A DNA stretch of 64,000 nucleotides from Felis catus. Lineage: Eukaryota. The notes below the pieces were generated by a model. The model did not search any database, was not told the DNA's origin, and saw nothing but the letters and a program-made list of their open reading frames with translations. Positions 36,295 through 47,788 of this stretch are shown in pieces. Within the stretch, counting starts at the first letter, position 1; the number at the start of each line of letters is the position of its first letter. Where the stretch lies: positions 39,308,001 through 39,372,000 of the forward strand of contig NC_058383.1 of the NCBI RefSeq assembly GCF_018350175.1, read 5' to 3'. The position numbers were made by a program, and so were the translations under genes.

Positions 36295-36610
36295 AGCCAT
36301 TTATTGAGCACTTACTAACTTCTACTACAAAATGCTTTATGGAGAGCATCACGATTAATCCTCAAAACACTTAAGGAAAGCTATCATCGTTCTTAACCCG
36401 GTTTTACAAAGGGGAAACCACGACTCAGAAAGACAAAGACCGGGAAGACAAATGCAGTGAGAGGCAGACCTAGGGCACATGCAGAGACCAGTGTGGGTTC
36501 AAAGCTCAGACACATGACCTTCAGATTCTAGGACCTTAGGCGGGTCACTTGGCTTCTCCTGAGGCTCGGTTTCTTCACCTGTAAAACGCACACAGTAAAT
36601 CTGTGAAGTG
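36295..36610. mobile_element. MIR fragments
   Basis: catttattgagcacttacta...aatcctcaaaac...ttttacaaaggggaaac and ctcggtttcttcacctgtaaaa. Confidence 0.6.
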
Positions 36611-36669
36611 ACCAGCATGGTCCCTGAGCTAGCAGAGGCCCAGGAATTGGTTACTATAAAGGGTGAGGG

Positions 36670-36903
36670 GGGGCGCCTGGGTGGCTCAGTCGGTTAAGCG
36701 GCCGACTTCGGCTCAGGTCATGATCTCACGGTCCGTGAGTTCGAGCCCCACGTCGGGCTCTGTGCTGACAGCTCAGAGCCTGGAGCCTGTTTCAGATTCT
36801 GTGTCTCCCTCTCTCTCTGCCCCTCCCCTGTTCAAGCTCTGTCTCTCTCTGTCTCAAAAATAAATAAATGTTAAAAAAAAAATTTTTTTTTAAATAAAAA
36901 AAA
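36670..36903 (+). mobile_element. Young felid-type CAN-SINE (SINEC_Fc)
   Basis: GGGGCGCCTGGGTGGCTCAGTCGGTTAAGCGGCCGACTTCGGCTCAGGTCATGATCTC..., CpGs mostly intact; TSD ataaagggtg(a/g)gg at 36656 and 36904. Confidence 0.96.
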
Positions 36904-37779
36904 ATAAAGGGTGGGGGGAGGGTCTTTGTGTTTAGGGACACCCCCCACCCCCACCCCAGGAGGCATATGCTGAGAGACTTAGGGCTCACTCCCTAAAGTC
37001 CAAGGAAGACCCCATGGTGGGGAGGGATCAGCTGCCTGGATCGGGGGATCCTACTGCCAGCTGCTTCCCCACCCCCAACCCAGCCACCCTCCACCTGGAC
37101 CTGCTTGATGGTCTAGCTGTAGGAAGCGGGGTATCCGGTCATCGTATGCGCAGGCCCCTCCAAAAGCTCCTGACAGCCTTGCCCTGCAGGGGTGGGGGGT
37201 GGTGATCTGCCCCTCTCTGCAAATGAGAGCAGTGAGCCTGGGCCGGGACTCCCGACCCTACCCCACCTGTCTGTGACAAGGTGAGCGCTGGAGGCCCAGG
37301 AGGTCAGAAGGGTGAGACCTCTGTGTGTGAGCACTGGCTGGGGAGCACGAGGCCGTGGGGAGTGGTCAGTGTCTGTTAAGCAAGACTGTCCAGCCCGGGA
37401 GTTGCCACAGTCTGTGGCCCGAGGCTGGAGAGTAAACACACTTGGTGGGAGATCAGATGGGTGCTGGGCAAGACTGTGACCCCATCGGTGCTGGGGATGG
37501 GGGTTGAGCCCCCATTGGTGGCAGGTGTGGGAGGCTGCACCGCACTTGGTGCTGGAGGGCTGCCCTGGGGTTGGGGTTCAGACTGAGGCTGGTGGGCAGG
37601 GAGCTGTTGCCCTGCATTGTTTGTGGAAAGAGCAGGAGGCTGCAGGGGAAGAAACGGCAGTTGGGGGTGGGGGTGCGGGTTCCCTGACACCGAATTCATT
37701 ATTGGGAGATTCCTCTTCACAATCCCTCGACACCTCCCACGGGAACCACGGGCCAGAAATGTCTGACAGCCTCTGGCAG

Positions 37780-38750
37780 GCCGGCTCCCGTGCCGCCCGT
37801 GCCGCCCGTGCCCGGGTCTCTCGGCGCCCGGGTCCCCGCCCGCCCACTGCCTCCGAGTCCCTCCCCCCGCCCCGTGGGTCCCGCAGCCTCTGGAAACCTC
37901 TCTCGGGCTCAGCCTCGCGCCGCCGCCGTGTCGGGGCTCAGTGTCCAGCACCGCCCCCCCACCCCCGGCGGCTGCCGTCCCCAGCCCCTGGCGGTCGCCT
38001 GGGGCCGCGGGCTGTCCGCAGAGGCCGGCGCGGCCGGCGCGGCCCGCACGTGGGGAGGGGGCGTCTCGGGAGCACGGGGCCCGATGTAGGGGCGGAGCCA
38101 AGGAGCCGGGCGCGCGGCCGGCGCGGGCGGACGGAGGTCAGCGGCCGCAGGNNNNNNNNNNNNNNNNNNNNNNNNNNNNNNNNNNNNNNNNNNNNNNNNN
38201 NNNNNNNNNNNNNNNNNNNNNNNNNNNNNNNNNNNNNNNNNNNNNNNNNNNNNNNNNNNNNNNNNNNNNNNNNNNNNNNNNNNNNNNNNNNNNNNNNNNN
38301 NNNNNNNNNNNNNNNNNNCGGGCGGCGGAGGAGGCGGCGGGGGAGGCAGGAGGATGCGGCCGGNNNNNNNNNNNNNNNNNNNNNNNNNNNNNNNNNNNNN
38401 NNNNNNNNNNNNNNNNNNNNNNNNNNNNNNNNNNNNNNNNNNNNNNNNNNNNNNNNNNNNNNNNNNNNNNNNNNNNNNNNNNNNNNNNNNNNNNNNNNNN
38501 NNNNNNNNNNNNNNNNNNNNNNNNNNNNNNNNNNNNNNNNNNNNNNNNNNNNNNNNNNNGGCGGGGGCCACCTCGGGCGCCGGCCCCCCACCCCTCCCGG
38601 CGCGGGGGATGCTGTCGGGTCCCCGGGGGCGGGGCGGGGCCAGCGGCGCCCAGACCCTCGGTCCGCACCCCCGCCTCCGGCCCGTCCCCCAGCCCCCCCC
38701 AACCAGCCGGCACCTGGCCGCAGGCGTCCCCCTCCCTTCCCGGGCTACGG
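37780..38750 (+). promoter_or_regulatory. CpG island with CASKIN1 promoter and exon 1 (partly N gaps 38152-38318, 38364-38559)
   Basis: Very CpG-rich; the only CpG island between MLST8 and the first visible CASKIN1 exon; the coding start is not visible. Confidence 0.75.
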
Positions 38751-41479
38751 GCTGACAGCTGGAGGGCTTTGCTGGGCCGTCAAAGGGCGAGGCAGATGCC
38801 ACCCCCCCCCCCCCCGCCCCGCTTCCCCACCGTGGAGGGAGGGAGGGGGCCCTGGCGGTGAGGGGCCACCACAGGACTGACAGTCCCTGTCAGACCCCCT
38901 CCCCGCCCCATGTTTAATAACACGCTTTGCAGGGAATGGGGGGCAGGACCATGCTGGGGGTGTGGCTGCCCAGGCATGGCCGGCTGGGGGCCATTTACTC
39001 ATGCGGGAGCAGAGGCCCAAGGTCGCCCAGCCCAGGGCAAGCCTGTGCTCCAGGCAGGTGCAGACCCTGCCGCAGACCCTGGTCCTCTCTGGCTTCCCTG
39101 CTGGGAAAGGGGCTGGGCAGTGGGGGGAGGGGGCTCCCAGTGGCCATCCTGAGCTTGCGCTGTGAGGGCCCCTGGGAAAGGTTGGGAGCTTGGAGTCCTG
39201 ATCCCAGCACTCATCCCAGCTCAGCCCAGAGCCTCCCCAGGGGCCACCGGAGATGGATGGATGGGTGTGTGGACCAGCTGGGTGTGCGGCTGCGCACGTA
39301 TGGCCATGTCAGTGTGTCAGGGCACCTGTGCGGGCGCGGGCAGGACTCTGCAGGGTGGCACGTGCGGTCTGGGTGCCTCACTCTCCCCCCGCCCGCCCCC
39401 CCCCCCCCCCAGGGACTGTAGGTAACCCAGGGCACATATATACAGTCTGGCTCTGTCTTGTGCTCTCCAGGCCCAGGGACGGTCTGCTAGTTGGGGTCAG
39501 CTTCACGACCTCAGGGCTCAGAAGGGGAGGGCTTCTAGACCGAGGCAGCCTTAGCCGAGCCTTGAAAGCAGGTGGAGGGATTGAAAGGAGGGATTGAAAG
39601 GGAGGGAAGACAAGGTAAAGGTTTCCACCTAGTGGTCACGCGCCCTTGGGAACCGAGGACTCCGGCTCTCCAGTCCTCAGTCTCCTCGTCTGTAGGATGG
39701 GGGCGGTTTTGGTCCCTGCCTCACAGAAGAGCACGCACGAAGAACAGGTACTTCATACGTGCTCGGGAAGTGCTGTGACTGTCTCCTTAGGCAGCCCCAG
39801 ACGGGCTTCAGGGGAAGCGGGGGCATCAGATTGGGCCGTCCAGGGAAGGTTTGGGGACTTGTACCTGGATCTTCGCATTTGTCCCTGCATGGTCTGCTTT
39901 CTGGGAGAGACACCTGCCCTGGGCCCCGTATCTGGGCTCTCTGACTCACAGGGGCGGGCGTAATAAATCAGACAGAGAAATCCCTCCATGAATTAGCTCG
40001 GTTGTCATGGCAACGCTGGCCTGCTTTGGAGTAAGATGTATTTTGATTCAGCAAAGTACAGGCTGGAGTTTGGGCCATGGGGTGGGGGGCATCCAGCGGT
40101 GCTCTCTCGGACCCCCGGACTCCAGAGGTCTTCCCTGGATAGTTGTTTCTGTGACCTCCACCCACTTCTGGTACCTTCCCTCCACCCCAAGCCCTGAGTG
40201 TTGCCCCAGGGTCTGCCTCCAAGCAAGCCTCCTCTCACACGCTCAGGCACCGGGACCCTCAGCGGCTGTCCTTGAGGGGAAGGAGATGGTGCTCTGGAGG
40301 GAGAATGCCAGGGTGGGGCTGGCCTTGTGCCCTTTCTTCTGGCCCCACCTCCCCTTCCCCGAATTCACCGCACGCTACAGACCAACATGCCTGTTTCGTC
40401 TCACCTTGGCCCACTAATACTTTCCTTGCGGTATCCGGCCAGAGCTCTCTGCCTGGGGTGGGGGCAGGGGGGAGACCACCTGGCCCTGCCTGACCTGGGG
40501 AGGTGACAGAGCGCCTTGCCCTGTGCTGGCGTCAGAGGCCAGGACTGCATCCCTAGAGGGGACAGATGTGGCTCTGTGGGGCTGGCAGACAAGTGGCTTC
40601 TGTGGTTGGAGGAGCATCTGGGCAGGGGTGGAGGGAGGCCACAAGGGCAGCGTGCGAGAGGGGCTGAGACCCCACCCCCACCCCCTGCCTGGGCCTCTGC
40701 AGTTTGGAGTCTGGGGCCCACCTCAAGGGCAGGGACGGTCCCAGGAAAGTGGTGAGAGGACTGGGTGACAAGAGCTGGGAGAGCCCAAGACATGGGGCAG
40801 GTTGGGGATGAAGTTTATGTAATCGGCCACGTGGAGGCTGCAGGACTTGGGCCCTTGTGGACCAGAGAAAGGGGACCTCTGGGTCCCCACCTGCCCCCTT
40901 CTCCCCTGCCTCTCAGGCCCCTCCAGCCGTGCCTGCTCCAGCGTCACACAGAGCGCCTGTCTCTGAACTGCGCCTCCCCAACCCCAGGCAGGCTTCGGTT
41001 GTGTGACTTCCCTGTGAGCCCGGGGCCCACCACAGGAATTGGGGGTGCTCCAAGATCTCGGGCTCCCCTCCACCAATTCCAGCTACTTTCCCCTCTGAGG
41101 AGACCTGCAGCGAGGAGGGGGTGACGGGACCTCAGCGGGATCCCCCCCTCGTGTAAGGAGTGGTCTTCCTGATGGGGACTGCCCTTCCCCACTGGTGTCT
41201 ATGCTACTTCTGGGGCCTTGACCTCCAGCCCCTCTAAAATTTCAATGCCTGCAGGTGTGGCCAGGTGAGAGGGGTGGGGAGACCTGGCTACCTTGGAATT
41301 AACGAGAAGGGGGAGCAAACATCAGAGCTGGGCAGAGTGTTCTAGAAGAGAACATCCTGAGCATGGCCCCCAGGGGGCAGGTGCTACGGGACAGCAATGT
41401 TGGGGATCCAGGGTATCTGTTCCGGCACCAATTTACCTAGCATCTCATATGGGCCCCGCACTGTTTCTGCCACCAAGGA

Positions 41480-42260
41480 TATGGCATTGAGGACAATAAA
41501 AACCCCATCCTTCTGGATCGTGTTGTTTAGTGATGGAGACAGACAACAATCATTAGGCAGTATTGATAGGGGCCAGAGAGAGAAACACAACAGATAGGGA
41601 CAGGAAGGGGGTTGCCGTTCTAGATGGGGAGCCCGGTGGGGCTTCTCCAAACAGGTGACATTTGGATAAAGTCCTGAATGACATAAGGGAGAGAGTCATG
41701 GGGATAAATGGGGGAAAAGCAGCCCCCCTCCACCATATACACAGTGTGTGCAAAGGCCCTGTGGCAGGGGCCGCCAGTGTGCTGTAGCGCCATCACTGAG
41801 GCTTGTGTGGCTGGAAGAGGGCTGATGAGAAAGTCAAAGCGAAGCAGGAGGGCCGTGTCCTGTGAGCCATTGGCCAGCATTGGTCTTTGCCCCCAGTGAC
41901 ACAGGAGCTGTTGGAGGGTTTCAGGAGAGGAGCGATGGGATGTGACATGTTCTAACAGGGTCCCCCTGACCTCAGTGGTACAGAGGAAAGACTGAGGGGC
42001 AGGGTACAAGTGGGGATGCCAGTGGAGAGGTGATGGCAGCGATCCTTTGAGAGATGCCGGCCTGGTCAGGGTGGTGACAGTGACCGTGGGGAGAATAATA
42101 GGGCCCCGAGTGTATTCGGAGGTCGTCTTGAAGGTGGAGCCAAACAGGACTTGCTGATGGAGACACTATCGGGCGCTCAGGGCTGACTCCAAGGTTTTGG
42201 CCTGGACCACTGAGGGGAGGGTGGCTTTGCTGCCACCTTAGATGGACATCAGTGCCCCAA
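41480..42260. mobile_element. L2 LINE relic in CASKIN1 intron 1
   Basis: Purine-rich degenerate L2 motifs: ggtgacatttg, gtgcaaaggccctg(t)ggcagg, ggagctgttggagggtttc, tgactccaaggttttggcctg. Confidence 0.65.
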
Positions 42261-43604
42261 AGTGTGTGAGCAGGGCGGGAGTGGGGCAGCGGAGACGCCT
42301 CTTTCCCAGGAGCCTCTGCTCTGCTCTACTCTGTGCAGGAGAAACCCCTCGCTGGAGAGGTTGGGGGTGGGATTCCCACAGAGCTAAAACTAGTAATTGC
42401 CACTTATGGAGGCGACTCTCTGCCAGACCCTTCATGCTTTAAGGGTGGACGCACACTTAAGCCCATGAGGCTGGCCCCATTAGCCCCCTTTGAGCTCAAG
42501 GCCAGGGCTATAGGGCTAGTAAGGGCCCAGTGAGACTCTGAATTTGAGCCCTACTGACTTCGTAGGCTCTGTGGGCCCTTGAGGCCTCACACCATGCATC
42601 CTGCGGCTGAGAGCCAAAGCTGGGGCAGTGGGGGCTGCTGTGGGTCACCAAGCAGCCCCTGGAGCAGCCCCTCTGTGACTCAACTCCCTTGGGTTCCTGC
42701 TCTTGGGGGCCCCTGCCTCCATCCCTGTCCTGGGCCTGGACAAAGGGGCTTCTGTCCTGCCAGCCCCTCCCTCACAGAGCGACTGACCCACAAATGGGTT
42801 ATGTAACCATGGCCCAGACAGGCAGGGGCTTGGCCTGAGTCCGGCTGGAACCGAGCCCACAGGGAGGGTTTCGGTGGGCTCCCCTCCTCTGACAGTCAGC
42901 TGGTGGAGGCCAGGACCTGGGTGGGGGGGGGCGGTTTGGGAGGAGACTAGGGACCCAAAGGGAGGGCTTGGGCCCCTCGGGCTTCAGGCAGACTGATCCC
43001 AGTGCCCAAGTGGGCCCTTGTAGATGTGGTGGCCATGCTTGTGTCGTCACTCAGGGGCACCAGGCCGCCAGCCTGCCTCCCCTTCCTGCCTTGCCGGGTG
43101 GGACTCAACCACACGGGCAGGCCCAGGGCTGGGAATGGGGGGAGGCTGCACCCTGAAAATGCAGATCTTCCCCCAGAGATACCCCCATTTCCGGGTGTTC
43201 CAGCCTTCCCAGGCCACCCCCGGCCCCATCTGGGTCCTTTGGAGAAACAGATTGTGCCGGCTCTCTCCCTCCCGCCATCGGCAGGTGCTTAGCCAGCGTC
43301 CCAAGGGAGGGGGTACATGTGCACATGTGTGTGCCTGTGTGGGTGCACAGCTCTGGCTTCCTTCCCCCGGGGGGGACAGGCTTGGAGCCTTTGGCTCTGT
43401 GAACTTACCAACACCTTAGTTCAGTCCAACAGCTGGTACCTGGAGCTGAGTGCAGGGGACAGAGATGAAATGTTTTCTGGCTAAAGACTAAAGATAGCTT
43501 TGGCTCTGAGCCTGCCAGAGAGCTAGCCAGCACCCTCTGCCTGCTCTTGGGCTGCCTGGAGGGGCTGGGCAGAGCCCCCCTCACTGTCCCTTTCCCATCC
43601 CTAG

Positions 43605-46600
43605 AGCTCCTGGGCTCTACCAAGAAGATCAATGTCAACTTCCAGGACCCAGATGGGTGAGTTCTCAGCCAGGGAGATGCCCGGCTGGCAAGGGGTTCCA
43701 GGGGGGCTCCTGCGGAAGGCCGGGGTGCCCGGGTCCTTGCCTTTTCATGCCTGTCGCCCGCTGCAGCTTCTCGGCCCTGCACCACGCGGCCCTGAACGGC
43801 AACACAGAATTGATCACCCTGCTGCTGGAGGCCCAGGCTGCTGTGGACATCAAGGACAACAAAGGCAAGGCCTGATAGGGACCTCGGAGCCAGATCAGGG
43901 GGTCAAGGTCAGGGGTGGTGTCTCTAGAGACCTGAATGGTCCCATGATTGAGGTGTCAGTCCGGAGTCTCCATCTGGGTGGAAGCGGGATTCCATGGGAT
44001 CAGTATCCTGCGGGCCTGGGTTGGGTCCAGGGTCAAGGGCTAGCTCCCAACGGGCCCCCTGCCCACTCCTAGGCATGCGGCCGCTGCACTATGCGGCCTG
44101 GCAGGGCCGGAAGGAGCCCATGAAGCTGGTGCTGAAGGCGGGCTCGGCGGTGAACATCCCGTCTGACGAGGGCCACATCCCTCTGCACCTGGCGGCCCAG
44201 CACGGTCACTATGATGTGGTAAGGGACGCCTCAGGGTGGGGGTGGGGAGGGCCCTGGCATGGGCGGTGCCAGCCCAGCGGCCGCCCTCGAGTCTGACTGC
44301 GCCCTGCGGCCCCACAGTCCGAAATGCTGCTACAGCACCAGTCCAATCCATGCATGGTGGACAACTCGGGGAAGACGCCCCTGGACCTGGCTTGTGAGTT
44401 CGGCCGCGTCGGGGTAAGTGTCCCCAGAGAGCTGGGTGGGACTCCATCTGCTCTGTCTTCCCTCCTGGGGTGGGGGAGGGGAGACACGCCTGCAGCCTCC
44501 CGCCCCATGTGCGGGCCCCCCTTCTCTGACCCCTCCTCAAGGTGGTCCAGCTGCTTCTAAATAGCAACATGTGCGCGGCCTTGCTGGAGCCCCGGCCGGG
44601 GGATACGACCGACCCCAACGGCACCAGCCCCCTGCACCTGGCAGCCAAGAACGGCCACATTGACATCATCAGGTATGGCCGAGTGCGGCTGGGGGGAGGG
44701 AGACCCGGCCGTGGGCTTCCTGCTCCCGGTTTAGTGACAGGAGCAGCCAGGGAGCCGCGGGGATGCCATCAGGCCTCCGCGTGCAAAGGATGCCTCCGGC
44801 CGCCCACGTAAAGGATGCACTGGAGGGGCCTGGGGGGTGGCTTCTTCAGCCCCAAGCCCAGGCTGTGGCCCTGACACTTGCTGGGCGACCTCGTGGAGAC
44901 ACTTGACTTCTCCGAGACCCCGCCGTACGGGTTAGCACGAGGCCAGCACTTGCACCAGTGCTTGGTCACTGTCAGACCCCCTGTTGCCCGGGAGGCAGGG
45001 CAGGGCTGGCTCACCCTCAGGGCCTGGGACCTGGGGCCCCATGGGGGGATGGGACGGAGCTCCTGCCACGAGGCACTGCCCGCTCCCACCCGCCCACCCT
45101 CCTTCTAGACTCCTCCTCCAAGCCGGCATCGACATAAACCGCCAGACCAAGTCTGGCACGGCCCTGCATGAGGCCGCACTCTGCGGGAAGACAGAAGTGG
45201 TCCGGCTGCTGCTGGATGTGAGTCAGGGGGCCGGGGGAGCTGGGGCAGGTGGGGGCATGGGGGCTCCTGACGGGCCTCACCCTCTGGCACATACAGAATG
45301 GGATTAATGCCCACGTGAGGAACACCTACAGCCAGACGGCCCTGGACATCGTGCACCAGTTCACCACATCCCAAGCCAGCAAGGAGATCAAACAACTGCT
45401 TCGAGGTGGGACCAGGGCGGGGTTGGGGGGGGGTTGGGGATAATGGGGAGGGCAGGGCTGGGTCAGGCCAGCTCGAAGGACTGTGGGGGGGGGTCTGTCT
45501 CCTGTGTCCCCAGAGGCCTCGGCGGCCCTGCAGGTCCGGGCGACCAAGGATTACTGCAACAATTACGACCTGACCAGCCTCAATGTGAAAGCTGGGGACA
45601 TCATCACAGTAAGGGTGGCCCGGGGCTGCGCGGGCAAGGGTGGGCGGGACCCCAGACGTAACGCCCATAACACCTTGTGCAGCAGTTGGGTGGTCTGGGG
45701 GCCACCTGCCCACTGGGCCTGTGGGGTGTCCCCCTGAGCATGCCCCCCCCACCCCCCGCCTCATCTGGCAGGTCCTAGAGCAGCATCCGGATGGCCGGTG
45801 GAAGGGTTGTATCCATGACAACCGGACGGGCAACGACCGGGTGGGCTACTTCCCGTCGTCCCTGGGCGAGGCCATCGTGAAGCGAGCAGGCAAGTCCCAC
45901 CCAGGCCTGGGCTTGGGGGCCCGAAGGAAGCCGGTGCACGTGTGTTGGGTGGCAGGGCCACTTCTAGGTGTGGAATCCAGAGTGGGGTCGTGCTGGCTCT
46001 CATCAGCACCCCCACACCTTTTCCTTCATTTATTTAATAGACATTGTGCACCAGCCACTAGGAATAGACGGTGACCCAGACGTCCAAGAATGATGGACGT
46101 CATTCTTGCTCTCGAGGAGCTCACCTCTGGGAAGGGAGGGGAGCAGGGGCCAGTGGCGTAAATACACGAACAGACGTGACAACTAATGCCATAGGGAACG
46201 TGGACGGAGACCTGCTTCTTAGGGTGCTCAGAGAAGCCCCTGAGAAATGGGAGGGGCTGGCCCCAGGCACAGCATCCTGACAGCAGGGCTCACATATGCA
46301 AAGGCACTGAGGCAGAGGAGAGCATAAGGGTCCCAAAGGAGGCCAGCATAGCATGGCTGGTGCCGAGTGACTGAGAAGGTTGGGGGGCGAATCCACCGGG
46401 CATGGATTGTTTTCAGACGGGGACCACTGAGAGGGTTACCTCCTAGAGAGGATGAGGACATTGACAGGTGGGGTGAGGGTACGGCGTGTGTGTGTGGGGG
46501 GGGCAGTTAGGAGGCGTGGCCAGCCTGCCCAGTGTCATCTAGGCTTTTGGGGCCCTCTTCCCCCCCCCTGCTCCCCTGGCAGAGAGGAGGTACACCCTCT

Positions 46601-47742
46601 GCTCTCCCCACCCAGGACCACAGGGCCACTGGCAGGACTGCCTGGCCTGGGCCCTCTTGCCCCATTCTCCTGCTCTCAAATGTATAGGGTGGGGAGGGGG
46701 TCTTCTGAGGTTCTCTCAGCTCCTTGGAGACAGCTAGGGCCAGACAGGCCAGGGACACCCCCCTCTCCATGTCAGGCCCCCGGACCCGGCTGGTCTGAGA
46801 TTCCAGGAGGCTGTTCCTGGTCCACAGGTTCTCGGGCAGGTACTGAACCAAGCCCGTCCCAGGCAGGCAGCTCACCGGGGCCCTCTGCGCCCCCCGAGGA
46901 GATCTGGGTGCTGAGGAAGCCTTTTGCAGGTACGTGGGGGGGCCCCCCGGTGAGCAGGGCAACGGAGCTTCCCAGGCAGCAGCCGGGCCGGCACCCACGG
47001 AGGGTGCTCCCTCGTGTTGGCAGGTGGGGACCGCAGCGGCAGCCTGGGCAGCGTGGCTGGTGGACGAAGCAGTGGGGGCCACACCCTGCATGCGGGCTCC
47101 GAAGGGGTCAAGGTAGGTGGTCTGGGGGCAGGGCCGGGGTCGCCTGGGTGCAGAGCGGCGCTGGCCAGCCATCCCGTCTGGGTTGCAGCTCCTGGCGACG
47201 GTCCTGTCGCAGAAGTCGGTCTCTGAGTCCAGCCCTGGGGACGGCCCCGCCAAGCCTCCAGAGGGCTCCACAGGTAAGAGCAAGGACGCGGCACTGCCGG
47301 CCTGGCGAGGAGGTGGCCCCCCGGGGGGCCCCGGCCCCACCACGCCCTCTTGTCTCCAGGTGCAGCCCGGTCCCAGCTCCCAGCGGCCCACGCAGGGCAG
47401 GTGTATGGGGAGCAGCCACCCAGGAAGCTGGAGCCAGCCTCGGAGGGCAAGGTACAGGGCCGGGGCTGGCAGCAGGGAGGGGCTCCCGGGCAGCCTGCGT
47501 GGTCTGGCCACGGCGTGGCGGGGGGCCCTTGACAGGCCAGGCCCGTACTTCTGTCCGTCTGTCAGTCTGTGTGTGTAGCTGTTATCTATCGCGTGGGTCA
47601 TGTGTGTCAGCTAGCGCGTCCTGGCAGTGAGACGTGGGTGTGAGGTGAGCAGGGGACGTGCCTGCGTGTGGGTGGCGATGGTGAGCCGGGCACGTGTGCT
47701 TGTGTGTGTGCGTGTAGAAGGCTGCGGGTGTGAGGCGAGACC

Positions 47743-47788
<46 letters not shown>

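Noticed and set aside
36670-36760. tRNA-like A and B boxes
   Set aside because: They are CAN-SINE heads, not tRNA genes
37376-38880. Long ORFs (up to 458 aa) around the CASKIN1 promoter
   Set aside because: Inflated by N gaps and CpG-island composition
43903-43911. ERR-type TCAAGGTCA (also near 16458 and 21001)
   Set aside because: Scattered 9-mers with no clustering; cannot be separated from chance without conservation data
46452-47630. 392-aa and 364-aa ORFs
   Set aside because: Read-through of short GC-rich introns; only the exon pieces match Caskin-1
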